A stretch of 64,000 bases of DNA from Raillietiella orientalis (Eukaryota): NCBI GenBank assembly GCA_036172245.1, contig JAYWIR010000015.1:1922001-1986000 (forward strand). Direction: 5' to 3'. Of the stretch, positions 1 through 12,529 are shown piece by piece (position 1 is the first letter of the stretch; each line of letters opens with the position of its first letter). The notes beneath the pieces were generated by a model. It ran no database searches. It saw only the letters and a program-made list of their open reading frames with translations, and had not been told where the DNA came from. Made by a program: the position numbers and the translations under genes.

Positions 1-1259
1 AGCACGAAATGCGTCAAGAATGTTCTGAGTGCTTGACGCCATTATGGATTGGCGGTTCGTGTTCGAACTGAATGCGTACGGGTATAAAACCCCAAGCTAA
101 TCTAAAAGATGAGTACGTCGAACGAGCGTAGACAGAAGTGATAATTCTCACTCCCTCCAAAGAAAAAAGGGAAAAAAAAAAAAAAAAGACCATACTTTGA
201 AAATGTTGGTGCATATTTATTTGGGTCGGTTCCAAGTTCAGGCGCCTGTCTGCCCATTTTATAGACTGGACCCTTCCAGATATGGGACAGATCTGGCTCA
301 TTCACTGCCTTCGGGAAAAATACCCGTGGTATCTTCTTGAAGGCTCCGCCGATGCTTTCATTCCAATTCGTCGTGGCTGAGAATCGAACTCACGTACCCA
401 GAATCCTTTCTTGCCCCGTTCGGCACGAGGCGGGGCAAGGAGCATGGAGTGTTTCGCGTCGGAGCGTCAGTTCGACAACGTTCAGCGCCCCTGGTGTCGT
501 CGCCTCTCTGTAGACAACTGCCGCGACCTTATCAGCGACAGTGTGTTGGAATCACGAGGAAATCTTGCATAAAAGACTAATCAATCCTCATCCCATTTTT
601 GCTGCGGTCCCTCTTCGTGGAAGAAAAACCGGGCTCATCCGCTTTAAACAGCCTGAGTCAGCAGAAACACCACGTACATTCTCCGTACACCAGAACGACT
701 CGATAAGACAGCTTGCGTCCTGCTGCACCTCGTGGCGGTGCGAAGCGGACGAAAAAAAAACAAGCAAACCAAGAGAGGACTGCAGATCCGAGATGTTTCC
801 TGAGAAAAGCTTGGATGCGTCAGGCGCATCCAGGCAGGAAGATGTCCTCCAGGGAAGGAGCGGAAAGCGGAGGAAATGAAGAAAATTCCGGCTCGCGCTG
901 AGACCATGCACCTCTCTAACTGCGTTAATCCTCCCTGAATCAACTCTCTGGCGACCTTAATTTCTGGAGGAGGAACGGAGCAAGAAAATTGGCGTTCTCC
1001 GTCCTTTCGGCCAGTTGGTTTCCAAGGGACGCGGGCACGGGCGGGATTCGGAACGCACTCCTCGCGTAAGAGCAGGTTCCTGCTCACATCCTCGTGAATG
1101 CACGCAAAGATGATCACCTCCTAGCAGAGGAAAGTGGGTGGACGATGGGTCACACTCGCTGTTTCCGTTTCCTACCCATATCAAATCTCATCACAAAAAG
1201 CATTAAGAATTTCGCGTCAGGCAAACCACAGTTACAGTGCGACCGGACGAACCATCGAC

Positions 1260-1950
1260 AAAGAATTCTGAGCCCGTGGGTCGTCGGCATGATCCCTACT
1301 AAAGGATTTTTGTGTTGCTAAAAAAGAGCCCAGCACTGCACTACTGGTTTTCAGCATCCTTTCGAGGGTAGCACGAGGACCGTCTTCGAGGTGAACCGAG
1401 CATGAGGAATGGAGCTTACTGGGTCCCCCAGGAAAGAGGACACAAAAGCACGGCTATGTTCAGGAAACAAATCAGCCTCTTCCTCTCCGTTTCCAAGGTG
1501 TGCACGAGACCGGGTCTTCCGGGTGCAGGAATCCTGAGCGAGTGAGAGAAAAAAAGAATCTTCGAGCAGATTGGACAACACACCTCTGTTCGGTGCCGTG
1601 TGCACGAGGATGGTTGAACACTTCTATGGGAAGCATGCGTGCAGCTGAAGACGAGCACAAGCCTTGAGCTCTGCCTGGAGAGATTCCAGTAGCTATGACT
1701 ACCAGACCTCTACCTTTCTTCGCGAAATCTTCATTGTACCTGACTTCAGTCTTGGTCCCGCTTAATCTTCGATATTGATCCTCCGAACTTGAGGACGCGC
1801 GAAGAGCATCTTGGCAGCGACCTTCATCAAAACACCGATTAGCATCTGTCACGGGCTTGCTCAAGACCAGAGCTTTGCTGGAAGAAGTCTCTTTCAAAAA
1901 GGAGAGGAACCTTCCTGCTTTTGTTACTTTCCGACAGCCGCGTGCTACGC
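1260..1950 (-). pseudogene. R4/Dong-like non-LTR retrotransposon relic, C-terminal CCHC/RLE region
   Basis: Minus-strand ORF 1416..1658 reads VFSC...TRHRTEVCCPI...RIPAPGRPGLVHTLETERKRLICFLNIAV, resembling H.LS.C...RH..V...RPD.V..D...K...I.D.AVP; a PVV..LG-like motif follows. Frameshifted. Confidence 0.5.
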
Positions 1951-2670
1951 TCCGCAATCGCATTAGCATACCAAATTCAGTGCGTTACTATAGCAACCGA
2001 AAGGGAACCATGAGCCATTGTGAGTGCGTGCGGACGCAGGATGGACGAGGATTGTGAGTGCTGAATCCAATGGGCATGCATCTTCCAAGGAAACGAAGTG
2101 CCCGTTGGCTATCGGAGCGTCGAGGCCGCGCGAGAAACGAGCGAACTCCACGTGCAGCTGCAGGGAGCAAGAGTGTTTCGCTCTTCTATTGGGTCTTGTC
2201 GTTTCGCCACCGAGGCCTCCCTGGGTGCCTCGCAGAGAGAGGGTTCAGTTACAGGGCGAGTCTCACCCGTGATTTTTGTGCACATCTTTACGTAAGAGGG
2301 CGGACATCTCATTTCGTCCTGGTGTTTTCCATTTTCGGGGCGTCCCCCGTCCTCCGTTTCACACGGACAGTCCTTCTTGACCGATCCTTCCGTAGTTCTG
2401 TCAGCATCCTCCTTGTCGGTTTCTCACCTGCGCTCGATGTTCCAATCAGAAAGAGTCAACTCTCGATTACCCGAAGTACTTTATTAATAAACTCGATGAA
2501 CTCCAACCTCTGAGAGAGGGTTTTTTTTTTTTTGGCACGAGGAACTTCTAATTACGAACTTTTCTGCTCCTTCCGAAACTTCGTGCCTCTCTTGCTCTTG
2601 CAGTTTGTGATAATTGGCAGAAATATCACTTAATCGCCCCGCGTCCTTTCAGTATACATATGTGTGTATA

Positions 2671-3582
2671 TACGATGCTCATTTCAAAAGTAATGGCGCG
2701 ATCGGATGAAAAGAAAGAACAAAGAAGAGAAACAAAAATGTGTTGGTGGTTGGAAACACATACAATCCCCATGTCGTTTTCCTACGTAGTCGCCGTTTTT
2801 TTCCAAACACTTCCGAGGCCGTGGAAGAAGCTTTTTTTTTAGATCCCTTGCATCCGATTCCGCCGCCTGGCAGTTCAGCCAGTGCAGCAGCACTGAGGTT
2901 TTCAACTCCTCTCTTTCTCCCTCGAATCGTCGAGCCACTTCTTGAGGTCCAGGAAGAAAGACATGGTAGTCAGTGGACAGGACTGTAAGGTGGGTGATCA
3001 AAAGTTCCCATTTGAATTCCCGAATGGTCTGGAATGTGCGGGAAGCGTAAATTCTGGAGGACTTTATGGAGCCTGGAACGACCATCACGTCGCAAGTCTA
3101 CTGTGTACAAACACTTTCAGAGCTGCAGAGTGTCATTCAGAAACGACGACGTGGAATGCTGAGATCAGGGATCGTTCTTCTCCTTCATGACAACACGCGC
3201 CTTGGCAGCACATGCTATCTCCGCATTCCAGACAATTCGGAAATTCAAATGGGAACTTTTTGAGCACCCACCTTGGAGTCCTGTCGAGTGACTACCACCA
3301 CCCCTTCCTTCCTGCACCTCCAGGAGTGGCTTGCTTCCCAAAGATTCGAGTGGAAAACTGCAGTGCCGCCGAACCGGCTGAGCTGCCAGGAGGCGGAATT
3401 TGGTGCAGAGGCTTTCAAAAAGCTTCTTCCACGGCATCAAAAGTGTTTGGAAAAAAATGGTGACTTCGTAGGAAAATGCCATGGGGATGCACGTGGTTCG
3501 AACCACCAGAGCCATTTTTTTTTTTCTCTCTCTCTTTCTTCTTTCCATCCGATCGGCCATTACTTTTAAAATGCTCCTCATG
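2671..3582. mobile_element. Fold-back (palindromic) mariner derivative built from two inverted 3' halves
   Basis: Ends TACGATGCTCATTTCAAAAGTAATGG / CCATTACTTTTAAAATGCTCCTCATG are inverted repeats. Plus strand: RRRGMLRSGIVLLLHDN, W..F.HPP.SP, SDY, KLLPRHQKCLEKNGDFVGK. Minus strand: STDYHVF, KLLPRPRKCLEKNGDYVGK. Arms about 2671-3045 and 3212-3582. Confidence 0.85.
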
Positions 3583-3789
3583 TGTATTTGCCCTCAAATG
3601 ATTAAACTCCGACGGCAATCAAAATGCTTATCTCCAAATTCTGGGAGTGCTGTCGGCGAAATTATCCACAGATACACTCTAAGAGTTTCGAAAGTGCCGC
3701 ATAGTACCAGGAGCGAAGCGAAACTTCCGTTTCCGGTAGTTTTCCTGAGAGTGTGCGTTTGCATGTCGTTGAAACAGAGTGTGAGGAGC

Positions 3790-4250
3790 CTGCATTTCAG
3801 ATGATCAACCGGCAGCCATCCACAGTTTCCAGGACAACCTGGTGATCAATTACGGGACCCTACTACTTGCCTGCGTCTTGCCGTGCGGAGGACTTTCCGC
3901 GACGTAATCAAAGCACGACAGAAGCATAGAAGTTATTTTTTTCCGCATCGAAGAAGATATTTTGTTAACGCATATGGGAAGGACGTGTGCCCTCGTGATC
4001 CCCGTGTCGAGTGATTTGTTTCTACAGAAAGTGTTCAATAAAGTCATCATGGGACGTAAATTCATTGTGATGGCGCCGAAGTTCCCTGTTAACGTGGAGG
4101 AGGAAGACAATGGAAGGTGACCCCAGCCCCATAGTGCTCACGCTTTTTGTCCGCGACCACGGAGTTGCCCGTTTCTCCGACGACCAAACGACGCACAACT
4201 CCAGCTGCTGCAGCCACAGTGTCAGCTTGGGAGAGCCCAAGCCTTATCGC
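3790..4250 (-). pseudogene. AP-endonuclease relic of a LINE (RTE-like)
   Basis: TLTGNFGA (GDFNA-like), LLNTFCRNKSL, SCFDYV (IDY-like) and VDHL (SDH-like) occur in order on the minus strand. Confidence 0.5.
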
Positions 4251-5255
4251 TTGTGTGTGGGGAATGATTCCTGCGCTTTATGTTTATTTTTTCCCGCCTG
4301 CTAGATCAGGCCAGCGTCGAAGAGTCCAGAGTCAGCTAGGCGCCATCGCGCTGCAATGGAACAAGTGATGCAGTCACTTGCGTCACCGGAAATCATCCTG
4401 ACTTCACGCACTCTTCGTTTTTCCACGAGAGCCCTTCGTTCCTACGCCATCCCATCCTTATGTGTGTGTGTGATGCGTCTTCCTTGTTTTCACATCAAAA
4501 TTCATTTCTGCTTTGTTTTCCATAGATTACGAAACCGCCCTGGCCCACGAAACTGACCTCCAAAGCCTCCCTCACATAGAGTCAGGCGAATTCGAATCAC
4601 ATCTGTCTGACCTCTTTACAACAACGCACCGAGAGCGCCGAGTGCAATCATTTGAAGCCAAGAGGACATTTCGAGCATCGCTGGAGATGCAAGTCTTGTC
4701 CGAATTCTTTCTCCAGACGCACTCCTTACAGAGTACTTCTTTTCCCTTCGAGCGCGAGTCTGCATCAAGAGTGCCCGGGACACTTTCGTCTGCGCGCTTT
4801 TGTTAAGGACGTTGCCCATTGAGCCACAGCTCGAGCAGTGGGACGGCAAAGCACGGATGCTGTGGTGTGTGTGTGCTGCAAAGATGCCCGACTCGGCAAT
4901 TCACATAAAATGTTCTCCATCTTTTGCCTCTTCCCTCATGAAAGTTCAAGACTCTAAAACATGGCTTCCTCATGGCTGTAATGAAGGCTTTGGCGGGAGT
5001 GTCCCTCAGAATTCGAACTCTCGACCCTCTACAGCTCGGGCACGGGCGGTTTCCCCCACCGCTGTGCCACGCGCGCATCCGGCGCCCCTGGTCGAGTGCG
5101 CAGATCGGAGCTCGCTCGTCCGGCGGGCGGCGGCCGATGCCCTTGCTGCACGCAACCCCTGGCGCTTGGGGTGGGTGGGGGGTGGCGGCGGAAGGTCGAG
5201 AGCGCACGGTTCCCATGCTCTCCCTTTCTTCCTTCGCTCGTCCGCAGGAAGTGCT

Positions 5256-5949
5256 GTCCCTTGCTTGCTGACAGCTGTCTCCCTTCTCCCATGCGGTCGA
5301 GGCATCGCGCCTTCTCGAGCGCGCAGCCGGTGCCGTCGCCCGCGAAGGTTGGCGATGCGCGCCAGCGTTTGGCGCCATTCCTGGCACCGAAGGCGCGAGC
5401 GACCGGGCGTGCCGGCTCCCTGACACGTCGCTGGGCTCTAGGCAGACGTGTTGTCCACCTAGCGTGGAGGCCGTTCCTTACTGGTGAGGATGCCAGTCTT
5501 CCTTCCTCCCTGCAGCCGAGGGTCGTGGCCGCGCATCCCGATCGTGGGATCCAGGCGACGAACGACCCGTGCCAGAGATCCCCCGCTCGCACGCACATCG
5601 CGCGAGCGAATCCACGGTTTCTTCTGCCAGCGGACGCAGCATGGCGTTGTGCACGCTCGACGCGGGCCCCGACGAATCGACGGTCTTCCTGTCGGGAGTC
5701 GACCGGGAAAAGCGAGACGAAGGTCCGGTGCTCTGCACATCCGTCCCGGAGCTGACGGGAAGGGGTAAACGGGAAGGGCGTCGTCTTCCTGCGAAACGGT
5801 CGGGCGCGGGGAAGGTAGGAAGAGTGGCGTTGATGGAGAAAGAGGGAGGGATCGAAGAGACGAATTGCGAATGGGGGGAAGAGGCGCGGGCCCATCAGCT
5901 TTATTCACCTCGTCTTCGATCCCGTGAGTGGTCCAGAGCGTGATATCTT
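5256..5949. repeat. GC-rich dispersed repeat, copy 1 (direct repeat of 52699-53392)
   Basis: Ungapped alignment at constant offset 47443; about 7 substitutions in about 694 bp by eye; weaker similarity extends about 250 bp upstream and about 30 bp downstream. Confidence 0.95.
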
Positions 5950-6204
5950 CATCGAATGAACCCTAAAAGCGTCCATTTAAGGAACATTACTGTGAATTCA
6001 TTAGGAATATTAGGTTCAGTTGACTTTTTTATTTTCAAACTTAAGGTCCTATGATTGAAATAATCAAACAGATTTTTACAAGGCACTGAGAAAATATTAA
6101 TCCGAAAGTTCCAAAAAGAATAGAGAAAATAGGATAATTTCAAAGAGAATATTTATATGAAGATTGAATTCATGCTGAGAATTTAAGAATTTTTATAGTT
6201 CCCG

Positions 6205-6330
6205 ACACACATACACACACACAAACATATATATATATATATATATATATATGAATTTATTGATTGATAATTTTTATATTGATCTATCGGTCTATCTGTA
6301 TCTATGTCTATCTGCATCTATCTATATACG
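6205..6330. repeat. (CA)n, (AT)n and degenerate (CTAT)n microsatellites
   Basis: Directly visible simple repeats. Confidence 0.9.
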
Positions 6331-6429
6331 TGTATTAAATGAACATCAGTTAATTATATATTATATTTTATGTCTGATATTTAATGTACCATTCATAATA
6401 ACATCTCGGAAGCTTAAGGAAAATGTGCT

Positions 6430-8290
6430 TTGAAATGCATAGAACGTTTGGACCAATGATGAGCAATTGATAGTCTGTAATATAGTATGGTTCGAAAACA
6501 AATTTTCATTCATTAGAAGAAGGTAAGTATATTACTGTTAAAAATATTTTAGGTTTAATTACATGCAAGCATTTGGGGACTTATATAAGGCTCAAGGAAT
6601 GGTTTAATGAGTAGCTGTGGTTTACCGAAAAAGAAGTGAAATTCTGGAATGTGATTCCATTGGTTATGGAAGTTGATTTGAATTTTGTAAAATCACGGGT
6701 GTGGCAGAAACATAGATTTAGGATTCAATTAGGCTTTGCCTGTTGATAATGATTTTCACGTGTGATTTGCTATTGGTTTAAGTAATGAAATGTAGGTGAC
6801 TTTTAAAGATGCAAATTACTTGTTATTTAATTTCAATGATAAAAAAATCCAGTCGGTAATTACTGAAATATGTGTCAGGAGCTGCAGTTGAACTTGAGAA
6901 TTAAAGAAACATTAATGTTTCTTGATTTCATGGAAATTGTAGGCTCAATGTATAGATCTTGAAAATCTAAAGTTATTGACTATGGAACAGCAATAGGTAC
7001 TCTGGTAAAAATAGTGGATGTCAAAGAAGTAGGGAAGCAGACTTATATGATTTGGAGGTAGTGAAGATTATTAGGGGAGTTTGCTTGGCAATTGCTAAGC
7101 CTCGAGAGACTTACCTTTTTAGAGTTTGCACATCGCTGATTTGATTATTTAAGAGTAATTAGTTTTCTTGATAAGGAGTAACTAGAAGTTCTAATCAAGA
7201 TGCAGCGTGGAAAGCAGTAAGAATGAACTACGGTGCATTGACTTTGGAGTTATAAATGTGATTTTGTCCTGAAATAGCAAGTAATCGTAATTAATTTGTT
7301 TGATGAATGAAGCCTTTGAGTACGAGTCGCCCGTAGCTCTGGTGTAGTAACCCCAGACAAGTAGTAGTAACCAAGTAGACGCACCGGAAGGCACCCGAAT
7401 CCCGGCAAGGGAATGGGCGTTGCCCAGGCTGAGAATTCTCTCGGTTCTCTCGGTTGTTTTCTTAGTATCTTAGTATGTAATTACAATTAGTGGAAAATTG
7501 ATTGGATAGTGACTGAGAATAGCATTGAGAGAGGAGGTACGAGGAAGTTGATGTTTATCTAATAGAAAGATAGCAAATGATGTAAACTTATGTTAACGTT
7601 GAGATAGACAAAGGAGTGAAATTGAAGAGGGTGCAATGAGGATGATTGCTAATGGAACAGGGATTAGTCATGGAGATATTTAGCTAGGTAAGAATCTTGG
7701 GAAGGAAGGTATTCCTGAAAGATTACGTATTATTAGGAATAGAAGAGGCTAGTAGGAGTTAAAAGATGAGGTACACGGGAACGGGTGTTTGTTTTTTGGA
7801 AAAATGGCACACGTTGCATATGTTAGTCATATGGAGGTAGACAAGTTGACTGTAGAAGTTACTCATGCTATGTGGGAAATAAATGAGTGAATTATAAGTA
7901 ATCGGATGGAGGAAGTTGATAATACTATAATAGGAGGGGCGTTGGTTCTGGGAATTGCAGAGAATGATGGCTGATGATAATAGTGAGAAGTTGAATAGGG
8001 AAGCTGGTTTCCGTCATGTTACAAGAATGATGGTTGATATTCATGAGGAATTGTAAGTGATGGGTGGAAAGATAGCATTCAGTTTTTAAGATTATAATTA
8101 ATGAAATAGATGGAGGAAGAAGAGAGGGAAATGAGTTAAAGAAGATGCAGATAAATAGAAAGAGCAATGATGAGGCTGTTCGAACGACAGAATATTTCAT
8201 TGGGGAACGTGCCGAAAATAAGAAGGGTGGAGAGGAAATAATGGAGCACATGGACATTAAGTTGATTCCTAATCCAAGTCAAATTATATT
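6430..8290 (+). pseudogene. AT-rich LTR-retrotransposon-like gag/protease relic (tentative)
   Basis: C-poor, purine-rich plus strand; GCLFFGKMAHVAY (~7783) resembles a decayed CCHC knuckle; AIDSL*YS (~6463) and CDLLL (~6762) resemble retropepsin motifs. Many stops. Confidence 0.3.
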
Positions 8291-9399
8291 AATCAGTTAT
8301 TGGTAGACGATGTGATCGATTTTCTCAAGAAGATTAGGTGTTCGTTTTGCCGTAGACCCCGCCTCTCTCGGGAACCCGCCGACTCGGATCGCGTGAAAGT
8401 GGGTTCGAGCTTGGACGACGAAACCTTAATGGAGCTCCAGCGCGAAGGCAAATCGGCTGCCACTCTTCTTTGAGGGAAAAGCGGCGATGCCCCAGATGTG
8501 GGTCTACCCGCGGACATGTGCGACGGACGTGGACAAAACGCCCCCTTCCCATTTCCCACGTTCTTCTTCTCAACTGTCGAAAACGCGGCTCAAGTGGATT
8601 CCCTGTCTGGTGCTCGAATGGGCAGGAGATCGAGAGGTGGACGAATGTGTAGTCCGCGGAGCGTGCATGGTCTCCTCTGGTAGGAAAATAGCTGGAAGGC
8701 CCCGTGTGGCCCAACGCAGTAATTGGTGCTCGAGTTCCGGTTTACGTGCCTCCAAGTTTCTGTCACCCTATTGGTTCCTTGTACGTGACCACCCTCTTGC
8801 ATCCGTTTTCATCGAAAGTCTCAGAATAAAAATTTTTGGTTTTATATTTAAATATTAATTTTTAATAAGCTATTATTAATAAAATAGAATTAGGTAAATT
8901 CTTGTTTGTGTCGTAGTGGGGTCTGGGAAACGGTCGTATTCTCTGCGTGTTCTCAGACCCTGTGAGCGGATCTGAGAACTCTTCTGCTCAAGAGCGTGAA
9001 CGTTCTGTTTCGGAGGTGATGAGGAACTGGAAAACTCGAGTCCTTTTAAGCGCTTCGCACCTGAACAAATGCCGACCAGTGGTCGCGCATCGATTAGTAA
9101 ATCCCAGCAGCTTCCTCTCTCAATACTCCGGAAGCACTTGGAACTCCGTTCCTCGCTCACGACTTAAAAGGAACCGCCGAGAATGCAGGAAGATGGAATT
9201 TCAGAAGTGAAGTGCAGAGTCCGAGGAACTGATTTCCTACGCGCAGGTGTGGACGGCTTCAAACAGCGGATGCTGTGTGTGATCACCAGCAGATGGCACG
9301 GCGCTCAAGATGCAGACTCGAATCGATGCAATCGTCGGCAACCACAGGATGAAAGCCGAAAAGGACGTGGTGGTAAAGAGTGAAGTGCACTGACAAGTG

Positions 9400-10090
9400 C
9401 AATAATAACTCATGGATTATTAGAAGATTTTTTCGTTACGGTTTTCCTCGAGAAAAGCATAATGAAGAGGCCGTTGACGCAGCTGAAGCGGAAAGCAGTT
9501 GTTGGCTCAAGTTAGACTGGTTGAGAAGTCCCGAGTCGGTCACGGCGTCTGCTGGCACGAACCAGTTGGCGGTCGACGGCCGTACAAAAGTTTCTCGAAC
9601 GAGTCTCTGAGGGGTGGCTCGCACGAGACTGCTCGTGGCCGAGGATGTGACGGAACCTGGAGCTGTGGTTCTGTCCAGGCTGGCCCTTTGGAAGAAGGTT
9701 CTCGCCGCGGTCGCTTTCTAAGCGACCCCTGAACTGTCCGCCTGCTCGCGGTAAGGGAATCCAAGTGCGTTGTGGCGGTACCACAGAGCCCGCCTTGTCG
9801 GTGTTCAGACACCGACTGCCGAGGAATCCGAGCATGTCCAGGAAGTGGAGACCACGGTCCAAAAATCCTTTGCTCTCGAGAAATAGGGAAAAAGGGTCGT
9901 CCGACTGGGGAGGCAGCAAGGGGCGCGCAAGTGCGTGCCTTGAAGAGGAAGCTGAGAAGCGCGTCATCAGGGCGAGCGTTCGTGTCCGCGGGCAGGTTGT
10001 GGGTGGTCGCATCAGTGGAGGCTGCTGGTTGATGACCCATCTCTCTGTGTCAGCTCAGGCTTCACGGATCCATGGTTTTAGATCATCCTA
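9400..10090 (-). pseudogene. L1/Tx1-like ORF1 relic
   Basis: KGQPGQNHSSRFRHILGHE resembles the GQP..C..C...GH entry to the Tx1 ORF1 zinc knuckles. Confidence 0.35.
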
Positions 10091-10149
10091 AATTTTTGAC
10101 CTCCTGATTCCCGTACACGTCGTCCATCCCGGATCGAAATGTTTTTTAG

Positions 10150-10930
10150 TTTCGAGCATAAAAGAGTTGGAGATTTCGGCGTATCATTCTTGATACCTCA
10201 AGAAGACCGCTGAAGCTCGCATAGGCGTGGTCGGAAACTCCCTAAAAGGCAGCACTGTTCCGCATAAGCATCTACTAGACTTGGCTAAGTGCTCGGGATG
10301 CTTTGCACCGGCCGAAACGTGTAAGACGGCCTCAAAGGATCCTTTAGGGTTTCTACGGAGCACGAGGAGGCAGGCAAGGCACTTCCGGCACGAAGGTGGC
10401 AAATCTGTGAAATGAAGACAAGAAATCGCCACTTGAAAAATCCATGGACGCAGCAATAAAGGTCGCTTTCTATTCGGAAAGGGCAGCGGTGAAAACATGG
10501 AGGTCTCTCTGAGAGAAGGAATCTCAGCAGCAAGAAGCTACCCTCGAGAACACCAGACTCTCCATGAGAATCTAAGGATGGAAAGTAGGCCTGCAAGTAG
10601 GGTCGTAAACTAGGTACTCTCAGAATGAAAATCAGTTGGAACGAAGCAGCGATCTCCTTTGCACGATGGAGCAGTCGAATGCTGCGAACGGCAAAAGTGG
10701 CTTCTGACTATGGAGGAAAGGAAAAGACGCAAAGAAGATTTCAAAAACCTACTCGAGCTTGGATGGAAGCAAACCTAAAGAGGGATCTTCCAACAAAAGA
10801 AAACACAGACTTGTCGTGTGATCAGAATGAATCTTAAAGGAAATTGCCACAGATGCATACAGATGTAACCAGAGTTCAACACATCAAGGAAACATCGAGA
10901 AAGATGAAATTTCAACTCTGAAAGAAACTC
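10150..10930 (+). pseudogene. RTE-like LINE 3' relic
   Basis: RWSSRMLRTAKV...GKEKTQRRFQKPTRAWMEANLKRDL resembles the RTE C-terminus W.GH..RM...G.R.RGRP..RW.D....DL. Confidence 0.4.
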
Positions 10931-11077
10931 CAACTTTGATCTCATAACCGTTCACAAGGGATAGGATAAGAAGAGACATAAGTTCTTTTGCAATCCCTTA
11001 TGGACCTAGAAGAATCCAAAAGGAAATGCAAGTTCTTCAGGTTTCTTCTGTTTTCGCTACCTTCCTTCCAGCCTTTT

Positions 11078-11890
11078 TCTTTTTTTCGGGTTTCCTTTTT
11101 TTTTGGTTCGCTGAGTACCCCAAGGGTCTGACGCTCCTCGAGGCTCACGCAGTTCTTTCATACTGTTCCACGCCACCCGAGGGTGCGGGTGATTCTCAAG
11201 ATAGGGGGTCTCCCTATGAATCCAGGAAGGGTCTCCGGAGAAGGGAGCCCGTTCCTCTCACTCCTGGGGAGGGATCCCCCGAAGGGAACCGTCCATCCTT
11301 GTTGCCTCCAAAGGGAACCCGAAGGGAATCCTCCTTCCTTGTTCTCTCCGGAAGGACTCCCGGAGGAGTTGAATCCATTTTTCTTCTCCGAAGGGAACCC
11401 GGAAAGGATCCGCTATCGGGAATTTCTTCTCCAGAGGGAACCCACAAGGGAACCGCTCCTGTTTGCTCCTCCTCCGAAGAGAACCCCGAAGGGACGCTTC
11501 TGAAATTTCTCAGAAGGGCATTCCCGGAAGGGATCGTGCTCGCTTCTCTGCACTCTCTAAAGGGAAGGCTGCACACCTACTTCATCAGTAAGAGGGGTCT
11601 CCCACACTGAGGGATCCGCTCCTTTTCACAACCGGAGGGGAACTCCCACTCCTCGATTCCTGGAAGGATCCAGAGGTCGACTCCCATTGTCCCGGCCCTC
11701 ATAGGGGGCATCCGCTTTGAACCGCTATCAGTGCACCCGAATGAATGCAGGCCTACCGGGCCTACCCCGTCTTGCAGAAGGAACCTGAACCCACGACGCA
11801 CTGCGCCGATTTCTTTCAGAATTTTCGAACCCGCGACTCTTGGTGGTGCCATGCGCAGAGACCGTAGCAGCCACAAGGCCTCCGACACGG
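11078..11890 (-). mobile_element. tRNA-derived SINE, copy 1
   Basis: Sense (minus) head has an A-box-like TGTGGCTGC and B-box GGTTCGAAAAT; the body is rich in GGGTTCCCTTC repeats; the tail is GTACTCAGCGAACC(A)n. Confidence 0.7.
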
Positions 11891-11899
11891 GTCTGGTGA

Positions 11900-12470
11900 G
11901 CAGCCCTGGAGATACCTCTCCCTCAAACTCTCTGAAAGGACCCTTCAGTTTTGGAGGTCGCTCCTGATTTCTTTTCCTAAGGGACCCTCCGGAAGGAATC
12001 TTCTTTTTACGCCTCTGAAAAGAACCCGGAAGGGACGCTTCTAGATTTCTCTGGAGGCCGCTCCCCGAAGGGAGAAGAGCACTTCCGATGAGAAGAGCGC
12101 ACTTCCAATTCTTCCTTCGTGATGAGAAGCGCACTCCTCATCACGCTGGGGAAACAACTCCTCGAGGAGGGTATCAAATAGCTCCTTGGTACGCGACGGT
12201 TGGTGCGTGCAACGGTCGCATTTTCACAACGAAGGAAAGCGGCTCCTTGATTCCTGGTAGAACCCCGGAGTTCAACAAGGGGATTCGGCTTCCGGCTTTC
12301 ACCAATGCTGTCAACCAGCATCGTGGTCCGTGGGCCTACCAGCTTAATCTTGCGGGGAGAGTTTGAAACCCACCACGCACCCATTTCTAGGCGTCGATCC
12401 TCCAGGTGGGGATTCGAACCCTCAACGCTCGGTGCCACGCGGGGAGACCTCAGCCACACGGCCTCCAACG
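11900..12470 (-). mobile_element. tRNA-derived SINE, copy 2 (tail-less, tandem to copy 1)
   Basis: Sense head GGCCGTGTGGCTGAGG...GGGTTCGAATCCC has canonical pol III A/B boxes, then a second B-like box; the body is homologous to copy 1. Confidence 0.75.
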
Positions 12471-12529
12471 CCGGCCTTAGTAACGAAGCATGCCCCCTAG
12501 TAATAAAGCAAAGCATGCAGATGAGTCTT

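Noticed and set aside
2250..2645. Possible Tc1/mariner-type MITE (TACAGGGCGA... / ...TCGCCCCGCGT)
   Set aside because: The putative TIRs are too short and mismatched to support.
5029..5895. 288-aa ORF, repeated as 331 aa at 52343-53338, as a conserved gene
   Set aside because: The conservation simply reflects the near-identical DNA repeat; several frames are open on both strands and no domain is recognisable.
11200..11540. Recurrent GAAGGGAACCC units as a CRISPR-like array
   Set aside because: Units are short, degenerate and irregularly spaced, lie inside a SINE body, and there are no cas genes in this eukaryotic context.
12400..12470. tRNA gene
   Set aside because: A and B boxes are present but there is no convincing cloverleaf, and it continues into a repeated body; interpreted as a SINE head.
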